Shown one piece after another: positions 31,886-41,749 of a stretch of 64,000 nt of DNA. The stretch is from Acidiferrobacterales bacterium (GTDB taxonomy: Bacteria > Pseudomonadota > Gammaproteobacteria > Acidiferrobacterales > JAJDNE01): contig JAJDNE010000048.1 in NCBI GenBank assembly GCA_022340825.1, forward strand, positions 20 through 64,019, given 5' to 3'. The translations under genes and the position numbers were made by a program. The notes under the pieces were generated by a model that searched no databases, was not told the origin of the DNA, and worked only from the letters and a program-made list of their open reading frames with translations. The number at the start of each line of letters is the position of its first letter. The first letter of the stretch is position 1.

Positions 31886-31965
31886 ATTGATTTAAAGATT
31901 TTGATCGTAGCCGCTTTGGGTAGATAGCGAATAGTATAAGATTCTATACGGTTTGTATTATTGAG

Positions 31966-32826
31966 TTACTTGCCAAAAGAAAGCATGCGGCTATCCAGGT
32001 CCTGTGGAAAATGATATTGCAGGCCTTCATCGGGACGATACAGAATCAGCTCCGGTGCTTTTGAAACGATACCGACTTGTAATGTTTTTTGCTTTTCACC
32101 TTCCATTCTCGGTGCGAACCACAAAGTTACCCAGTTCTTTACAGGCGCTTTTTCATAAGGTTTGACATAAAGCGCTTGTGCGTGTTGCCAGTCGTCCGCC
32201 AGTTGCTTGATGCGATCAGCGGCGAGCCCGGCCTGGGCTGGTATTACCTGCCAACTTCCGTTGACGACACTCAGTGTCATTCCCGGGATCCTTAGCTTGA
32301 CGGGCTTCAACCCCGGATCGATCAGCTGCCGGCTGAGAAAATCCGTGTAGTTGCGCGCTACCGCCTGGAAATAGCGATGGTCAATCATGTGCACCTGCGT
32401 ATCCAGCAAGACGTACTGCAGATTGTTAACCGGATTGGTGTCGCCAAAGGCCAGCACGTGTTTATCGAACAGTACCTGCCCCTTGGGCGAGGTAAGTCCA
32501 TAGCGATCGAGATTGCTGCTCGCTTCTTCTGGCAAGCGTTGTTCACTTTGTGCACGTATGACGCGCAGGGCGCCCGATACCATGAATGGATTGGCGCGTC
32601 CGGTGTGCGGTTTGACAAGGTGCCAGCTGTCTTTCGTTTTGCGCTCGATTACGATAGTCGGTGCCTTGCCGCGCTCGATCGTAATGCGACTGATCTCATG
32701 GTCCTGAATGGTACTGATGCGCTCTTTTTTTACAGGCTTTTCAATTCCGGGCTGAAGCAGCAAGACAATCGCCAGCAGTGCGATTGCAACAAAAAGTACG
32801 ACATTGACCAGCCAGCGTTTGCTCAT
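31966..32826 (-). CDS. DUF4340 domain-containing protein
   Basis: An N-terminal TM anchor, and the last gene of the GldA/F/G-like ABC cluster, where DUF4340 proteins normally sit. Confidence 0.6.
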   Translation of the reverse strand: MSKRWLVNVVLFVAIALLAIVLLLQPGIEKPVKKERISTIQDHEISRITIERGKAPTIVIERKTKDSWHLVKPHTGRANPFMVSGALRVIRAQSEQRLPEEASSNLDRYGLTSPKGQVLFDKHVLAFGDTNPVNNLQYVLLDTQVHMIDHRYFQAVARNYTDFLSRQLIDPGLKPVKLRIPGMTLSVVNGSWQVIPAQAGLAADRIKQLADDWQHAQALYVKPYEKAPVKNWVTLWFAPRMEGEKQKTLQVGIVSKAPELILYRPDEGLQYHFPQDLDSRMLSFGK

Positions 32827-32836
32827 GATGGTTGGC

Positions 32837-34222
32837 CTAGCGTTTGCGTCGTCGTAGCCAAATCACAATACCGGCGGCACTCAGGGAAAGCGGAATAATA
32901 ATGACGAAGAGCGCCATCAATACAGTGCGAGTCGTGTTGGAGAGTTGCAGCGCCTGGTCACTTACCGTGCGCACTGGCACGTTGACGTAGGCATCGTCGT
33001 GGCTGAGCCAGTTGGCGATGCTCATGGCGAAATCCAGGTTGCCACCGTTGCGCATCACGAATGCGTTCGAGGCAAAATCACCGTCGCAAATAACCGCCAC
33101 GCGCTGCTCCTTGTCCTTGATGTTCCTTGTGGCCGCAACCGCAAGGTTTAACGGGCCGGGCAGGTCCTTGCCCTTATCGAAACGTATGCTGCGATTTAAC
33201 GGGCCGGTTTCCGACCAGGACGCAGTGCGTGTATCAACGAGTACTTGATGCTGCCAATTGTTTTCTGCGTCGGGGTCTTCCGGCTGTTTTTCCGCCGGTG
33301 CGTCACCTTCCGGCATGGTGATGGCACAGGCGTTCGGGAAAAGGGTGTTGTCGCGGAAATTGGCTACCGCCGGGTGGGTGCCATATTCGGAGATCACCAG
33401 CGCAGTGGCGCTACCGGTAATCTGTTGCGACACCTCGTCAACGATCGTGCCCGGCTCAAACTCGATGCCCAGTTGCTCGGCCAGGGCGTCGAGCCCATGC
33501 ATCGGGCCCGGATCCATCAGCCACAACAGGTTGCCACCGTCTTCCAGGTAACGCTCGATTTTCTTTACTTCGCCGGGGAGCAACGGCACCTGTGGCCCGG
33601 CAATGACCAGGACGCTGGTGTTCTGCGGGATCTGCGGTATTTCGGCCAGTGACATGCTACGGGTACGGAAACCACGTTGACGCAGCTGCTCGGCCCACTT
33701 GGAAAGATCGAAGTTGGCTGCGCGGTCCGGCTGGCGTTCGCCGTGGCCGGTCAGGAAGACCAGCCAGCGCTCGCCTCGATGCCCAAGGCGGGTAATGGCA
33801 TTGGTCATGGCCTCTTCGTTTAATTCCGTCAGCACCTCTTTGGCGCCGTCGTATTCCAGCAACAACTGGCTGTAGTAGCGGATGCCGGCTGCACGCACCA
33901 GTTGCGGATTGGTATTGGGATCGACGTAGGTAAGATCGATATCTTTCTTATAGCGCTGGTAGGATTGCACCAGCTGATCCACCTTGGCGCGCAGCTCGGG
34001 ATTGTCGCCAGTAAACGCGGTTACCTTGAGTGGCTTGTCGAGACGTTGCACCAGTTCAATGCTGGCATCGGATAGCGAATTGCGACCGCTGCGCGTCAGG
34101 TCCATGTCCGTGCGATAGACGTTGCTTAACCAGAGGATGAGGCCAGCAACCAGCAGCGCCAGAAAGACAAAGCTGGCGCCAGCCAGCCGCAAATTGAACA
34201 GGGATTTTGCTGTTACCTTCAC
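32837..34222 (-). CDS. GldG-family ABC transporter auxiliary component
   Basis: 461 aa with N- and C-terminal TM anchors flanking a large periplasmic domain. It is immediately downstream of the ABC-2 permease. Confidence 0.7.
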   Translation of the reverse strand: MKVTAKSLFNLRLAGASFVFLALLVAGLILWLSNVYRTDMDLTRSGRNSLSDASIELVQRLDKPLKVTAFTGDNPELRAKVDQLVQSYQRYKKDIDLTYVDPNTNPQLVRAAGIRYYSQLLLEYDGAKEVLTELNEEAMTNAITRLGHRGERWLVFLTGHGERQPDRAANFDLSKWAEQLRQRGFRTRSMSLAEIPQIPQNTSVLVIAGPQVPLLPGEVKKIERYLEDGGNLLWLMDPGPMHGLDALAEQLGIEFEPGTIVDEVSQQITGSATALVISEYGTHPAVANFRDNTLFPNACAITMPEGDAPAEKQPEDPDAENNWQHQVLVDTRTASWSETGPLNRSIRFDKGKDLPGPLNLAVAATRNIKDKEQRVAVICDGDFASNAFVMRNGGNLDFAMSIANWLSHDDAYVNVPVRTVSDQALQLSNTTRTVLMALFVIIIPLSLSAAGIVIWLRRRKR

Positions 34223-34224
34223 GT

Positions 34225-34950
34225 CTAGCCGCCCAACCGATCGGCTTCCAGGCGGCGCACACTGAACGCGAGGAATAAAACGATAACGACGATGTAGTAC
34301 ACCACGTCGGCGCTACTGAACACGCCCTTCAGAAAATTTTCGTAATGACTGGCGATGGAGAGATAGGAAACCGCGTTCTCTCCAAACCAGTAAGCCGGCA
34401 GCTTCAGCAGCCACAGCAGGAATAGCGCACCAAACGCCAGTATTGCGGCCAGTGCCGGTACCTGTGTCAGCGTCGACATGAAAAGTCCGATGGCAGTAAA
34501 GCTACCAAGGAGAAGCACCATACCAATGATGTTGGCGAAAAGCAGGCCCACATCAATCGATGTGCCCAGCTCCATTGAAATCGGCATCAGCGTCAGCGTG
34601 ACCACCATGATCATCAGGTAGGCGACGACACCCAGGTATTTTCCAAGCACGATTTCGGTCATTGAAACCGGTGCACTGAATAACAATGGCAGGCTTTGAT
34701 TGCGCCGCTCTTCACTGAACAGACGCATGGTGATCATCGGCACGATAAAGAACAGCAACACCATGGCCAGTTCGTATAGCCCCGGTACCACTGCCGCGGT
34801 GGCACCATCCGGTACCGGGCTTTGTTTAAAGGCAGACAGGGAAATGTCGAATACAATACCGAACACCAGCGTCATCACCGCCAGGATAATCCACGCCAGT
34901 GGCGACAGGAAAAGGCTGCGGAGCTCGCGAGCAGCGATGGTAAAAATCAT
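34225..34950 (-). CDS. ABC-2 type transporter permease (GldF-like)
   Basis: A 241 aa 6-TM protein. Its start overlaps the ATPase gene stop by 4 nt. Confidence 0.75.
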   Translation of the reverse strand: MIFTIAARELRSLFLSPLAWIILAVMTLVFGIVFDISLSAFKQSPVPDGATAAVVPGLYELAMVLLFFIVPMITMRLFSEERRNQSLPLLFSAPVSMTEIVLGKYLGVVAYLMIMVVTLTLMPISMELGTSIDVGLLFANIIGMVLLLGSFTAIGLFMSTLTQVPALAAILAFGALFLLWLLKLPAYWFGENAVSYLSIASHYENFLKGVFSSADVVYYIVVIVLFLAFSVRRLEADRLGG

Positions 34951-35897
34951 GCGGCTTCCTCGTCGTCAGCTTTATCTTCCGTCGTCAGCTGCAGGAAGAT
35001 CTCTTCCAGTGATACGCGTCCCGGGCGCAATTCGCACAAGCCCCAGCCGTTTTCAGCTGATCGGCGCACGATTTCATCCACCGGGTTTTGATCCGGCTCA
35101 TAGAACAAACGCAGGCGCCCCTCGCGCTGTGGTTCCACTTTCTTGATCCCCTTGATGCCTTCCAGCTCTGACAACGGTGCTTCCTTATTAAAGGCGACCG
35201 TCAAAGAAGCCGATTGCAGGTGATGTTCAAGCCCATCGATACTGTCGTGCAGTACCAGCTGGCCCTCATTGATAATTTGTACCCGGTCACAGGTCGCCTG
35301 GACTTCAGGCAGGATGTGGGTTGAAAGGATCACGCTGTGTTCCTTGCCCAGTTCGCGAATAAGCAGACGAATCTCTCGAATCTGAATCGGATCAAGGCCG
35401 ACCGTTGGTTCGTCCAGTATCACCACCGGTGGCATGTGAATAATCGCCTGGGCGATACCAACACGTTGCTGGTAGCCTTTGGACAGGTTCGCGATCAGCC
35501 GATCAGCAACCTTGGTGAGGCCGCACTTTTCTTTTGCCGCCTCGCGTGCCGCCAGGCGCTGGTCGCGTGGAATGCGGTTGAGTGCAGCACAGAAATCGAG
35601 GTATTCGTTCACCGTCAGCTCACGGTAGAGCGGGGGTTGTTCGGGTAAATAACCGATCGCGCTCTTGGCAGCGCGTGGGTCATCCAGCAGGTCATGGCCA
35701 GCGATGGTGACGGAGCCGGTGCTGGGCGCGAGGTTTCCGGTCAACATCTTCATGGTGGTGGTCTTGCCCGCGCCATTGGGACCGAGGAAACCGACGACTT
35801 CACCCTTGTTTACCGTAAAACTGACGTTGTTCACCGCACAATGATTACCAAAGTAGCGTGAAAGCTCCTGAACATCGATCAGTACGGTATCAGTCAT
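34947..35897 (-). CDS. ABC transporter ATP-binding protein (GldA-like)
   Basis: Walker A GPNGAGKTTTMKMLTG, signature LSKGYQQRVGIAQA, and Walker B VVILDEPTVGLD. Confidence 0.9.
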   Translation of the reverse strand: MTDTVLIDVQELSRYFGNHCAVNNVSFTVNKGEVVGFLGPNGAGKTTTMKMLTGNLAPSTGSVTIAGHDLLDDPRAAKSAIGYLPEQPPLYRELTVNEYLDFCAALNRIPRDQRLAAREAAKEKCGLTKVADRLIANLSKGYQQRVGIAQAIIHMPPVVILDEPTVGLDPIQIREIRLLIRELGKEHSVILSTHILPEVQATCDRVQIINEGQLVLHDSIDGLEHHLQSASLTVAFNKEAPLSELEGIKGIKKVEPQREGRLRLFYEPDQNPVDEIVRRSAENGWGLCELRPGRVSLEEIFLQLTTEDKADDEEAA

Positions 35898-36091
35898 TGT
35901 TGTCGGGCTGTGTCGAATCTGGTTTCAAATTAAAAGGACCCCTCCGGTCTTTGTCAAATACGCCGGTCGCGTAAGGGTAGCGCGTTGTCTGGTGTTACGA
36001 TAGCCGCACCCGAATTGGGGCTGAGCGGGTGGACACACTGCATCGGCTAACTCTAACATGCACGCGCAGCAAGTCAGATCGATATTCAACT

Positions 36092-37117
36092 ATGTCTTTT
36101 AAAATTCAGATAGAGAAAACCGGCCACGAATTCGAAGCCGAGCCATCCGAGAAGATTCTCGACGCGGCACAACGTGCGGGCTACACCCTGTCCTATAACT
36201 GTCGCAATGGCTCTTGTGGCACCTGCAAGGGCAGGGTGGTTTCCGGCAAGGTCAATTATGGTGATGTCGATCCGGCCACCCTGACCGAGGCCGACAAGGC
36301 CGAGGGCATGGCGCTGTTCTGCCAGGCAACGGCGCTGGAAGACCTGGTAATTGATGCGGAAGAGATCGACGCCGTACGGGACATCCCGATTCGTATCGTT
36401 CCGTGTCGGGTGGCGCGCATGGAGAAGTTCGCCGATGATGTCATGGGCTTGTGGCTGTCGCTGCCAAAAAACCAGCGCCTACAGTTTCTCGCGGGGCAGT
36501 ATATCGACATCCTGTTAAAGGATGGTCGCCGTCGCAGTTTCTCGCTGGCTAACGCACCGCACAATGACGAGTTCCTGGAGCTGCAGATTCGCCATGTTCC
36601 CGGTGGTTATTTCACCGACCATGTGTTCGGAAAACTGAAAGAAAAGGACCTGCTGCGATTCCGCGGGCCGCTAGGCACCTTCTTTCTTCGGGAGGACTCC
36701 GATCGACCTATTATTATGGTAGCGGGGGGTACCGGCTTTGCGCCAATCAAGGCGATGCTGGAGCATCTTTTTTATCACCAGGTTTCCCGTCGGGTACATT
36801 TGTACTGGGGTGTGCGCTCCAAGCAGGATTTGTATCAGGCGAAACTGGCCGAGAGCTGGGCGCATGAACACGAGCAATTTGAATTTACCCCGGTTCTATC
36901 CGAACCGCGGGAGAACGACAACTGGAACGGACGTACTGGCTGGGTGCATGAGGCGGTGTTGCAGGACTTCCCTGACCTGAGTGGTTTTGAGGTCTATGCC
37001 AGTGGACCACCGGTGATGATCGATTCGGTCAAGCAGTCGTTCTTTGAAAGAGGGCTGGAGAAAAAATATCTGTATTCAGACTCGTTTGAATATGCCGCGG
37101 AGTCAGAGTCCAAGTAA
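36092..37117 (+). CDS. 2Fe-2S ferredoxin / FNR-like NAD(P)H oxidoreductase (CDP-6-deoxy-delta-3,4-glucoseen reductase-like)
   Basis: ORF track 36029..37117, with a likely ATG at 36092 (MSFKIQIEK). Plant-type cluster CRNGSCGTCKGRV, FAD motif RRSFSLAN, and NAD motif GGTGFAP. Confidence 0.85.
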   Translation: MSFKIQIEKTGHEFEAEPSEKILDAAQRAGYTLSYNCRNGSCGTCKGRVVSGKVNYGDVDPATLTEADKAEGMALFCQATALEDLVIDAEEIDAVRDIPIRIVPCRVARMEKFADDVMGLWLSLPKNQRLQFLAGQYIDILLKDGRRRSFSLANAPHNDEFLELQIRHVPGGYFTDHVFGKLKEKDLLRFRGPLGTFFLREDSDRPIIMVAGGTGFAPIKAMLEHLFYHQVSRRVHLYWGVRSKQDLYQAKLAESWAHEHEQFEFTPVLSEPRENDNWNGRTGWVHEAVLQDFPDLSGFEVYASGPPVMIDSVKQSFFERGLEKKYLYSDSFEYAAESESK

Positions 37118-37127
37118 CGCGTGCTCG

Positions 37128-38309
37128 CTAGTCCCGCTCGACCTCGATGCCTTTCCGATAATTGGCCATGGCTTTCTCGGTATCACCCATGCGCTCATAG
37201 GCACGACCCAGTTCGCGATAGGCAGCACGATTCGGCTTCAGGCTGACTGATCGCTGCAGGTATTCCAGCGCCTGTTCGGTTGCGCCGTTTTCCAGTGCCA
37301 GGTTGCCGAGTGTCAGGAACAGGGACGGGCTGTCGGAATGGGTGGTGCGCCAGCTCTTGGCGGTTTCCAGCTGACGGCCGATCTGGGCGGCATGGGCGCG
37401 ACCATAAAGTGCAACCAGCCTTTCATTCCACTCGCGAGCTATGGCCGTACGCAACATCGACTCGGCCTCATTGCCTTCCCCCTGCTCAATCAGTTTTCCG
37501 GCATAGGTGGCGATCAAGTCGGGATTCTGATGCAAATGTTTGGGCATGGATTTCCACGCCTGGCGCAGCACATCCAGTGAACCCGACGGCAACGAGAGCT
37601 GTAACAGTTCACGATGCACCTCGAGCTCAACCTCTTTCAGGCGATCTTCGCTGACCACCTTGTGGCGACGCAGGTCCGGCAACAGCATCGCCAGGCCGGT
37701 CCAGTCGCGTAGATCCAGGTATGTCTCCATTAACAACTGCAACACGTACTTGTGATCTGGTGCTCGATTATGCAAGGCGGTCAATGTCGCCAGCGCCTGT
37801 TCTTTCTGGTGCGCCAGGTATTGCAGCAGTCCCTGGGTCATACTGATAGCGAGCGAATCTTTTGGCGACGCCTTGTGTGCCAGCGCCAGATATTCGTCGC
37901 GCCGGGTCTTGTTGCCCTGTCCCTGGCAGGCGAGCGCCAGCGCCAGGTAGTTGACGTACTGCGCCTCGCTAAACTTCAGACCCTCAAGCAGATCGGCTTC
38001 AGCCTTGTTCCACTCGCCAGCAGCAAGGTGTGTTAGACCCTCGACCATGGCGGTGCGGGATTTTGCTCCGAGACGCTTTTCACGCCAGAGGCTGACGCCC
38101 CTGGGCAGGCGCAGGGCATGGGTCAGGATACGTCCGGCGACGTAGGCAGCGATAAACGCGGCAATCAGGAAAACACTGAACAGTGTCAGGGGTAGTTCGA
38201 CGCTCCAGGGCGGGCGCACTACCAGTACGTAACCCGGATCCTGAATCGCGAGCATGGTGATGATGACGGCGACCAGCAATACCGCCAATACATAAATAAC
38301 CAGCCTCAT
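37128..38309 (-). CDS. hemY: heme biosynthesis-associated TPR protein HemY
   Basis: Two N-terminal TM helices followed by TPR repeats, downstream of hemX in the hemCDXY order. Confidence 0.8.
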   Translation of the reverse strand: MRLVIYVLAVLLVAVIITMLAIQDPGYVLVVRPPWSVELPLTLFSVFLIAAFIAAYVAGRILTHALRLPRGVSLWREKRLGAKSRTAMVEGLTHLAAGEWNKAEADLLEGLKFSEAQYVNYLALALACQGQGNKTRRDEYLALAHKASPKDSLAISMTQGLLQYLAHQKEQALATLTALHNRAPDHKYVLQLLMETYLDLRDWTGLAMLLPDLRRHKVVSEDRLKEVELEVHRELLQLSLPSGSLDVLRQAWKSMPKHLHQNPDLIATYAGKLIEQGEGNEAESMLRTAIAREWNERLVALYGRAHAAQIGRQLETAKSWRTTHSDSPSLFLTLGNLALENGATEQALEYLQRSVSLKPNRAAYRELGRAYERMGDTEKAMANYRKGIEVERD

Positions 38310-39358
38310 AGACCTGCCTTCTTGCGGGAGACGGCGCGAAGCGCGTTCAGTGATTCGCTGATCCCGGGTTTGGCGCTGGCAAGACTGGCCTTGCTCAAGG
38401 CGTCAATTTCACTGATCAATTGCGCCACGGCCTGTGAGCGCGTATCGAAATATTCCAGCGCCCACTTTTTCGCCAGCTTCAGGTTACTACTGTAGGTATT
38501 GGCGTCCGCACGCAATGCCGCCTGTTGTGCTCCCAGAATCAACAGGCGCAGGTTTTCCCTCAGGTAATACTGTTTTTCCGGCGGCAGTAGCGGTTTGTAG
38601 GATTCAACATTGGTGCGAATGGAAATCACGCTCATGATGTCCGCCCAGAGCTCGGCAAAGAATCCGGGCTTTGGCTTGGGGGTAACGGCAGGCGCTGCTT
38701 TCTGCTCTTTTGTTTTTTCTTCCGTCGATACCGGTTTTGACTGAATCGTCTGTTGAAACTCGAGCGACAGCGGAAGCGAGGATATCGAATCCGACAGAGT
38801 GCTCAGCCGTAACGCAATGCCGGTGATGTCGGCGCGTTCGGCAGATTTAAGCGACTGGATCTCCTTCGCCAGAATCTTGCGCACCGGCGTCAGGTCCGGG
38901 TCGGCGAGATCGCGCAGGCGTTGATCGGCTATCTCAAGCGCGACAGCTGCGGTATCGAGATCACCGGCGAGTTGCACCCGCTGGTTGGCGATAATCATAA
39001 GCTGCTCGGTTTCCGCCATTACCCAGTCGACGCGCGACTTGCCGAGGTGTTGGGACGTCTGGCGCATGGCCTCGGTCAGGGTTTTCTGATCTTCCTTCAG
39101 CCGGTTGATGTCGTACTGGCTGGTATTGCTCATCTCTTTCAGTTTTTCAACGTCGGCTCTAAGCTGACGTGTGCTGCTGGCTACATCGCTGGTCAGCAGG
39201 TCCTGTTGTTTGTAGAGAAGCTCGTAACCGAGATAGCCACTGGCAGCGAGTGCCAGCAGCGAGATGAGCAGGCTGAATCGCGCACTGAAGCTACCGCGCG
39301 GCCGCTTCGGTTTTTGCTCGATTTTTTCCGGGGCTGGCTTGTTTTCTTCTTGGCTCAT
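38306..39358 (-). CDS. hemX: HemX-like membrane protein (uroporphyrinogen-III C-methyltransferase-like annotation family)
   Basis: ORF track extends to 39463. The ATG at 39358 (MSQEENKPAPEK) avoids overlap with hemD. It has one TM followed by a coiled-coil region. Confidence 0.75.
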   Translation of the reverse strand: MSQEENKPAPEKIEQKPKRPRGSFSARFSLLISLLALAASGYLGYELLYKQQDLLTSDVASSTRQLRADVEKLKEMSNTSQYDINRLKEDQKTLTEAMRQTSQHLGKSRVDWVMAETEQLMIIANQRVQLAGDLDTAAVALEIADQRLRDLADPDLTPVRKILAKEIQSLKSAERADITGIALRLSTLSDSISSLPLSLEFQQTIQSKPVSTEEKTKEQKAAPAVTPKPKPGFFAELWADIMSVISIRTNVESYKPLLPPEKQYYLRENLRLLILGAQQAALRADANTYSSNLKLAKKWALEYFDTRSQAVAQLISEIDALSKASLASAKPGISESLNALRAVSRKKAGL

Positions 39359-39389
39359 GGGCGGCTTCTTCTGACGAAAGATCGATTGA

Positions 39390-40175
39390 TTATAGGGATT
39401 TTTGTTGCTGGCGCCATGCTTCGATGGCGACGACGATAGCGCTGTCGCTCGCCGCTTTTGCAACTATTATGTCACCTTCAAGTCCCAGCTGCAGGCAGGC
39501 CTGGGCCATACGTTCGCTGACAACGACAATTGCACCGGTTCGCATGAATTCCTTGCCGCGCGTGCTCAGCATCCGGTAAAGGTTCTGGATGCCTTCGACA
39601 CTGGTTGCGACGGTGACATTGATCTCGCCATTCGCCCAATGCTGTTCAATTTCCGACGAGTCGGCCTGCGGTTGGGCGCGCCGGTAACATTCGGCATAGC
39701 TGACACTGGCACCCCGTGCTGCCAGGGTGTCGCCCAACAAGTCACGGCCGCCCTCGCCACGAAAAATGACAATACGCTGACCGTTAACATTCTGAAGTGC
39801 GGGGTGTGCCAGCAGCGATTCGCTACGAAAATCTTCTACCGGCGTAATATCCGGCGTGTAGCCAAGATCGGTTAGCATTTGTGCGGTAGCAGCGCCAACT
39901 GCCGCCAGCTTCAGCCCTCGCGGCACCTCGGCATGCTTTGCTGCGATTGCCTCCAGGCCATAGGTTACGGCATTGGCGCTGATGAAAATGGCGATGTCAA
40001 ACTGCTCCAGATCGGAAACGATCTGGATCAACGCATCGCTCGCCAGTGGTTGGATTTCGATGGCAGGAAAAAGAAATGCGTGGCCGCCGGCCGCTTCGAC
40101 CAGCGATACCAGTTTGTCTGCCTGGTGTGCCGGTCGCGTGATCAGCACGCCGGTATCAGTTAGCGTGCCGGCCAT
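39390..40175 (-). CDS. hemD: uroporphyrinogen-III synthase
   Basis: 261 aa immediately downstream of hemC, with HemD-like length and LITRP near the N-terminus. Confidence 0.85.
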   Translation of the reverse strand: MAGTLTDTGVLITRPAHQADKLVSLVEAAGGHAFLFPAIEIQPLASDALIQIVSDLEQFDIAIFISANAVTYGLEAIAAKHAEVPRGLKLAAVGAATAQMLTDLGYTPDITPVEDFRSESLLAHPALQNVNGQRIVIFRGEGGRDLLGDTLAARGASVSYAECYRRAQPQADSSEIEQHWANGEINVTVATSVEGIQNLYRMLSTRGKEFMRTGAIVVVSERMAQACLQLGLEGDIIVAKAASDSAIVVAIEAWRQQQKSL

Positions 40176-40179
40176 GTTT

Positions 40180-41106
40180 TCAGGCGTTCCCGTAGACCTT
40201 GTTCAGGATTCTGTCGGCGCCGCGTGACAACAAATCTTCTCCCAGCCGCTTGCCAAGTATCTCGGCGTCGTTGCGCGGGCCGCGAATTTCGCCGCGCACC
40301 ACGTCACCCCCTTCCGGATCACCCACCAGGCCTCGCAAGTAAAGCTCATCGCCTTCAAGGATGGCATAACCGGCAATCGGCACCTGGCAGCCACCTTCGA
40401 GCGCCGCGTTCATCGCGCGCTCCGCCCGGGTGCAGGTCTCGGTGTCGACATGGTTGAGTGGTGCCAGCAACTGATTGATTTCGTCATCGTCAATACGGCA
40501 CTCAATGCAAACCGCGCCCTGGCCAACGGCAGGCAGACTCATTTCCGGTGCCAATGCAGCGGTGATGCGGTCATTGAATCCGAGGCGCTTGAGACCGGCA
40601 CAAGCAAGGATGATTGCGTCGTATTCACCGGCATCCAGTTTTGCCAGCCGGGTGTTTACGTTGCCGCGTAGGCCGACAATCTCCAGCTCCGGGTAGGCGC
40701 TACGCAACTGCGCCTGCCGACGCAGGCTGGAAGTACCGACGCGACCGCCGGCAGGCAGTTCGTCGAGCGTCTTGAAGTTGTTACTGACAAAGGCGTCGCG
40801 CGGGTCCTCACGTTCACAGGTCACCGCCAGGTGCAGGCCATCCGGCAGGTCGACGGTCATGTCTTTGAGCGAATGCACGGCAATATCAGCGCTGCCATCG
40901 AAAAGGCGCTGTTCCAGCTCCTTGATAAACAGGCCCTTGCCACCCACCTTTGCCAGACTGGTGTCGAGAATTTTATCGCCCTGGGTGGACATTTTGACCA
41001 GCTCGACCTCGAGGTCGGGATGCTCGGCGAGCAGGCGGTCTCGGACGTATTCTGCTTGCCACAAGGCCAATTGGCTCTTGCGTGTACCTATTTTTAGTTG
41101 TTTCAA
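40180..41106 (-). CDS. hemC: hydroxymethylbilane synthase
   Basis: [27 protein letters not shown] and the cofactor Cys context [12 protein letters not shown]. Confidence 0.95.
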   Translation of the reverse strand: MKQLKIGTRKSQLALWQAEYVRDRLLAEHPDLEVELVKMSTQGDKILDTSLAKVGGKGLFIKELEQRLFDGSADIAVHSLKDMTVDLPDGLHLAVTCEREDPRDAFVSNNFKTLDELPAGGRVGTSSLRRQAQLRSAYPELEIVGLRGNVNTRLAKLDAGEYDAIILACAGLKRLGFNDRITAALAPEMSLPAVGQGAVCIECRIDDDEINQLLAPLNHVDTETCTRAERAMNAALEGGCQVPIAGYAILEGDELYLRGLVGDPEGGDVVRGEIRGPRNDAEILGKRLGEDLLSRGADRILNKVYGNA

Positions 41107-41224
41107 AGCGGAAACCTGAACTAGTTGGGGGTTTTGGCCTCTAAACAGCGAGGGTTGTTTTGGCTATTATATCGGCGATTTCGCCCAGCCGGGAGCTGAC
41201 TCCCGGCTTTATTTTGCCTGACAG

Positions 41225-41749
41225 GTGAAGATTAGAGAAATGTTAAGAATGATTCGTCAAATTGGTTTGGTGTTAGTGCTGGCGCTTACGGCGGTACCTG
41301 TCGTTGCCGGTGGCCTACCGCTGGTGTCTGATTTGCAGAAGGACGGCCGTTTGTCTGATCAGAGCGGAAAACCGATTATGGTGTTTTATATGTCGCATGG
41401 CTGCCCCTACTGCGAGGAAGTGCGTGAGCTCTATCTGGAACCGATGTATCGCGAGGGCGAATACCGCGACAAACTGATCATGCGTATGGTCGATATCGAC
41501 AGTGGCGAAACCATGCGCGACTTCAACGGAAAGCAAACTGACCAAATCAGCTTCGCCAGTGCGCAAGGAACCAGCTTCACACCGGTGATCAAGTTTTATG
41601 ATTCCACCGGCAAAGAACTGGTACCCGAGATGCTCGGGTACCTGCCTGACTTCTACCTGGGTTTTCTCGAGGGGTCGATCAAGGAATCAATCAGCAAGCT
41701 GCGCCAACGAAATACGGCATTAGCGCCCGAAGCCAGACCCGCCTCCTAG
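41225..41749 (+). CDS. secreted thioredoxin-fold protein (CPYC)
   Basis: Signal peptide LVLVLALTAVPVVAG and redox motif SHGCPYCEEV. The true start may be the ATG at 41240 or 41249. Confidence 0.7.
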   Translation: MKIREMLRMIRQIGLVLVLALTAVPVVAGGLPLVSDLQKDGRLSDQSGKPIMVFYMSHGCPYCEEVRELYLEPMYREGEYRDKLIMRMVDIDSGETMRDFNGKQTDQISFASAQGTSFTPVIKFYDSTGKELVPEMLGYLPDFYLGFLEGSIKESISKLRQRNTALAPEARPAS

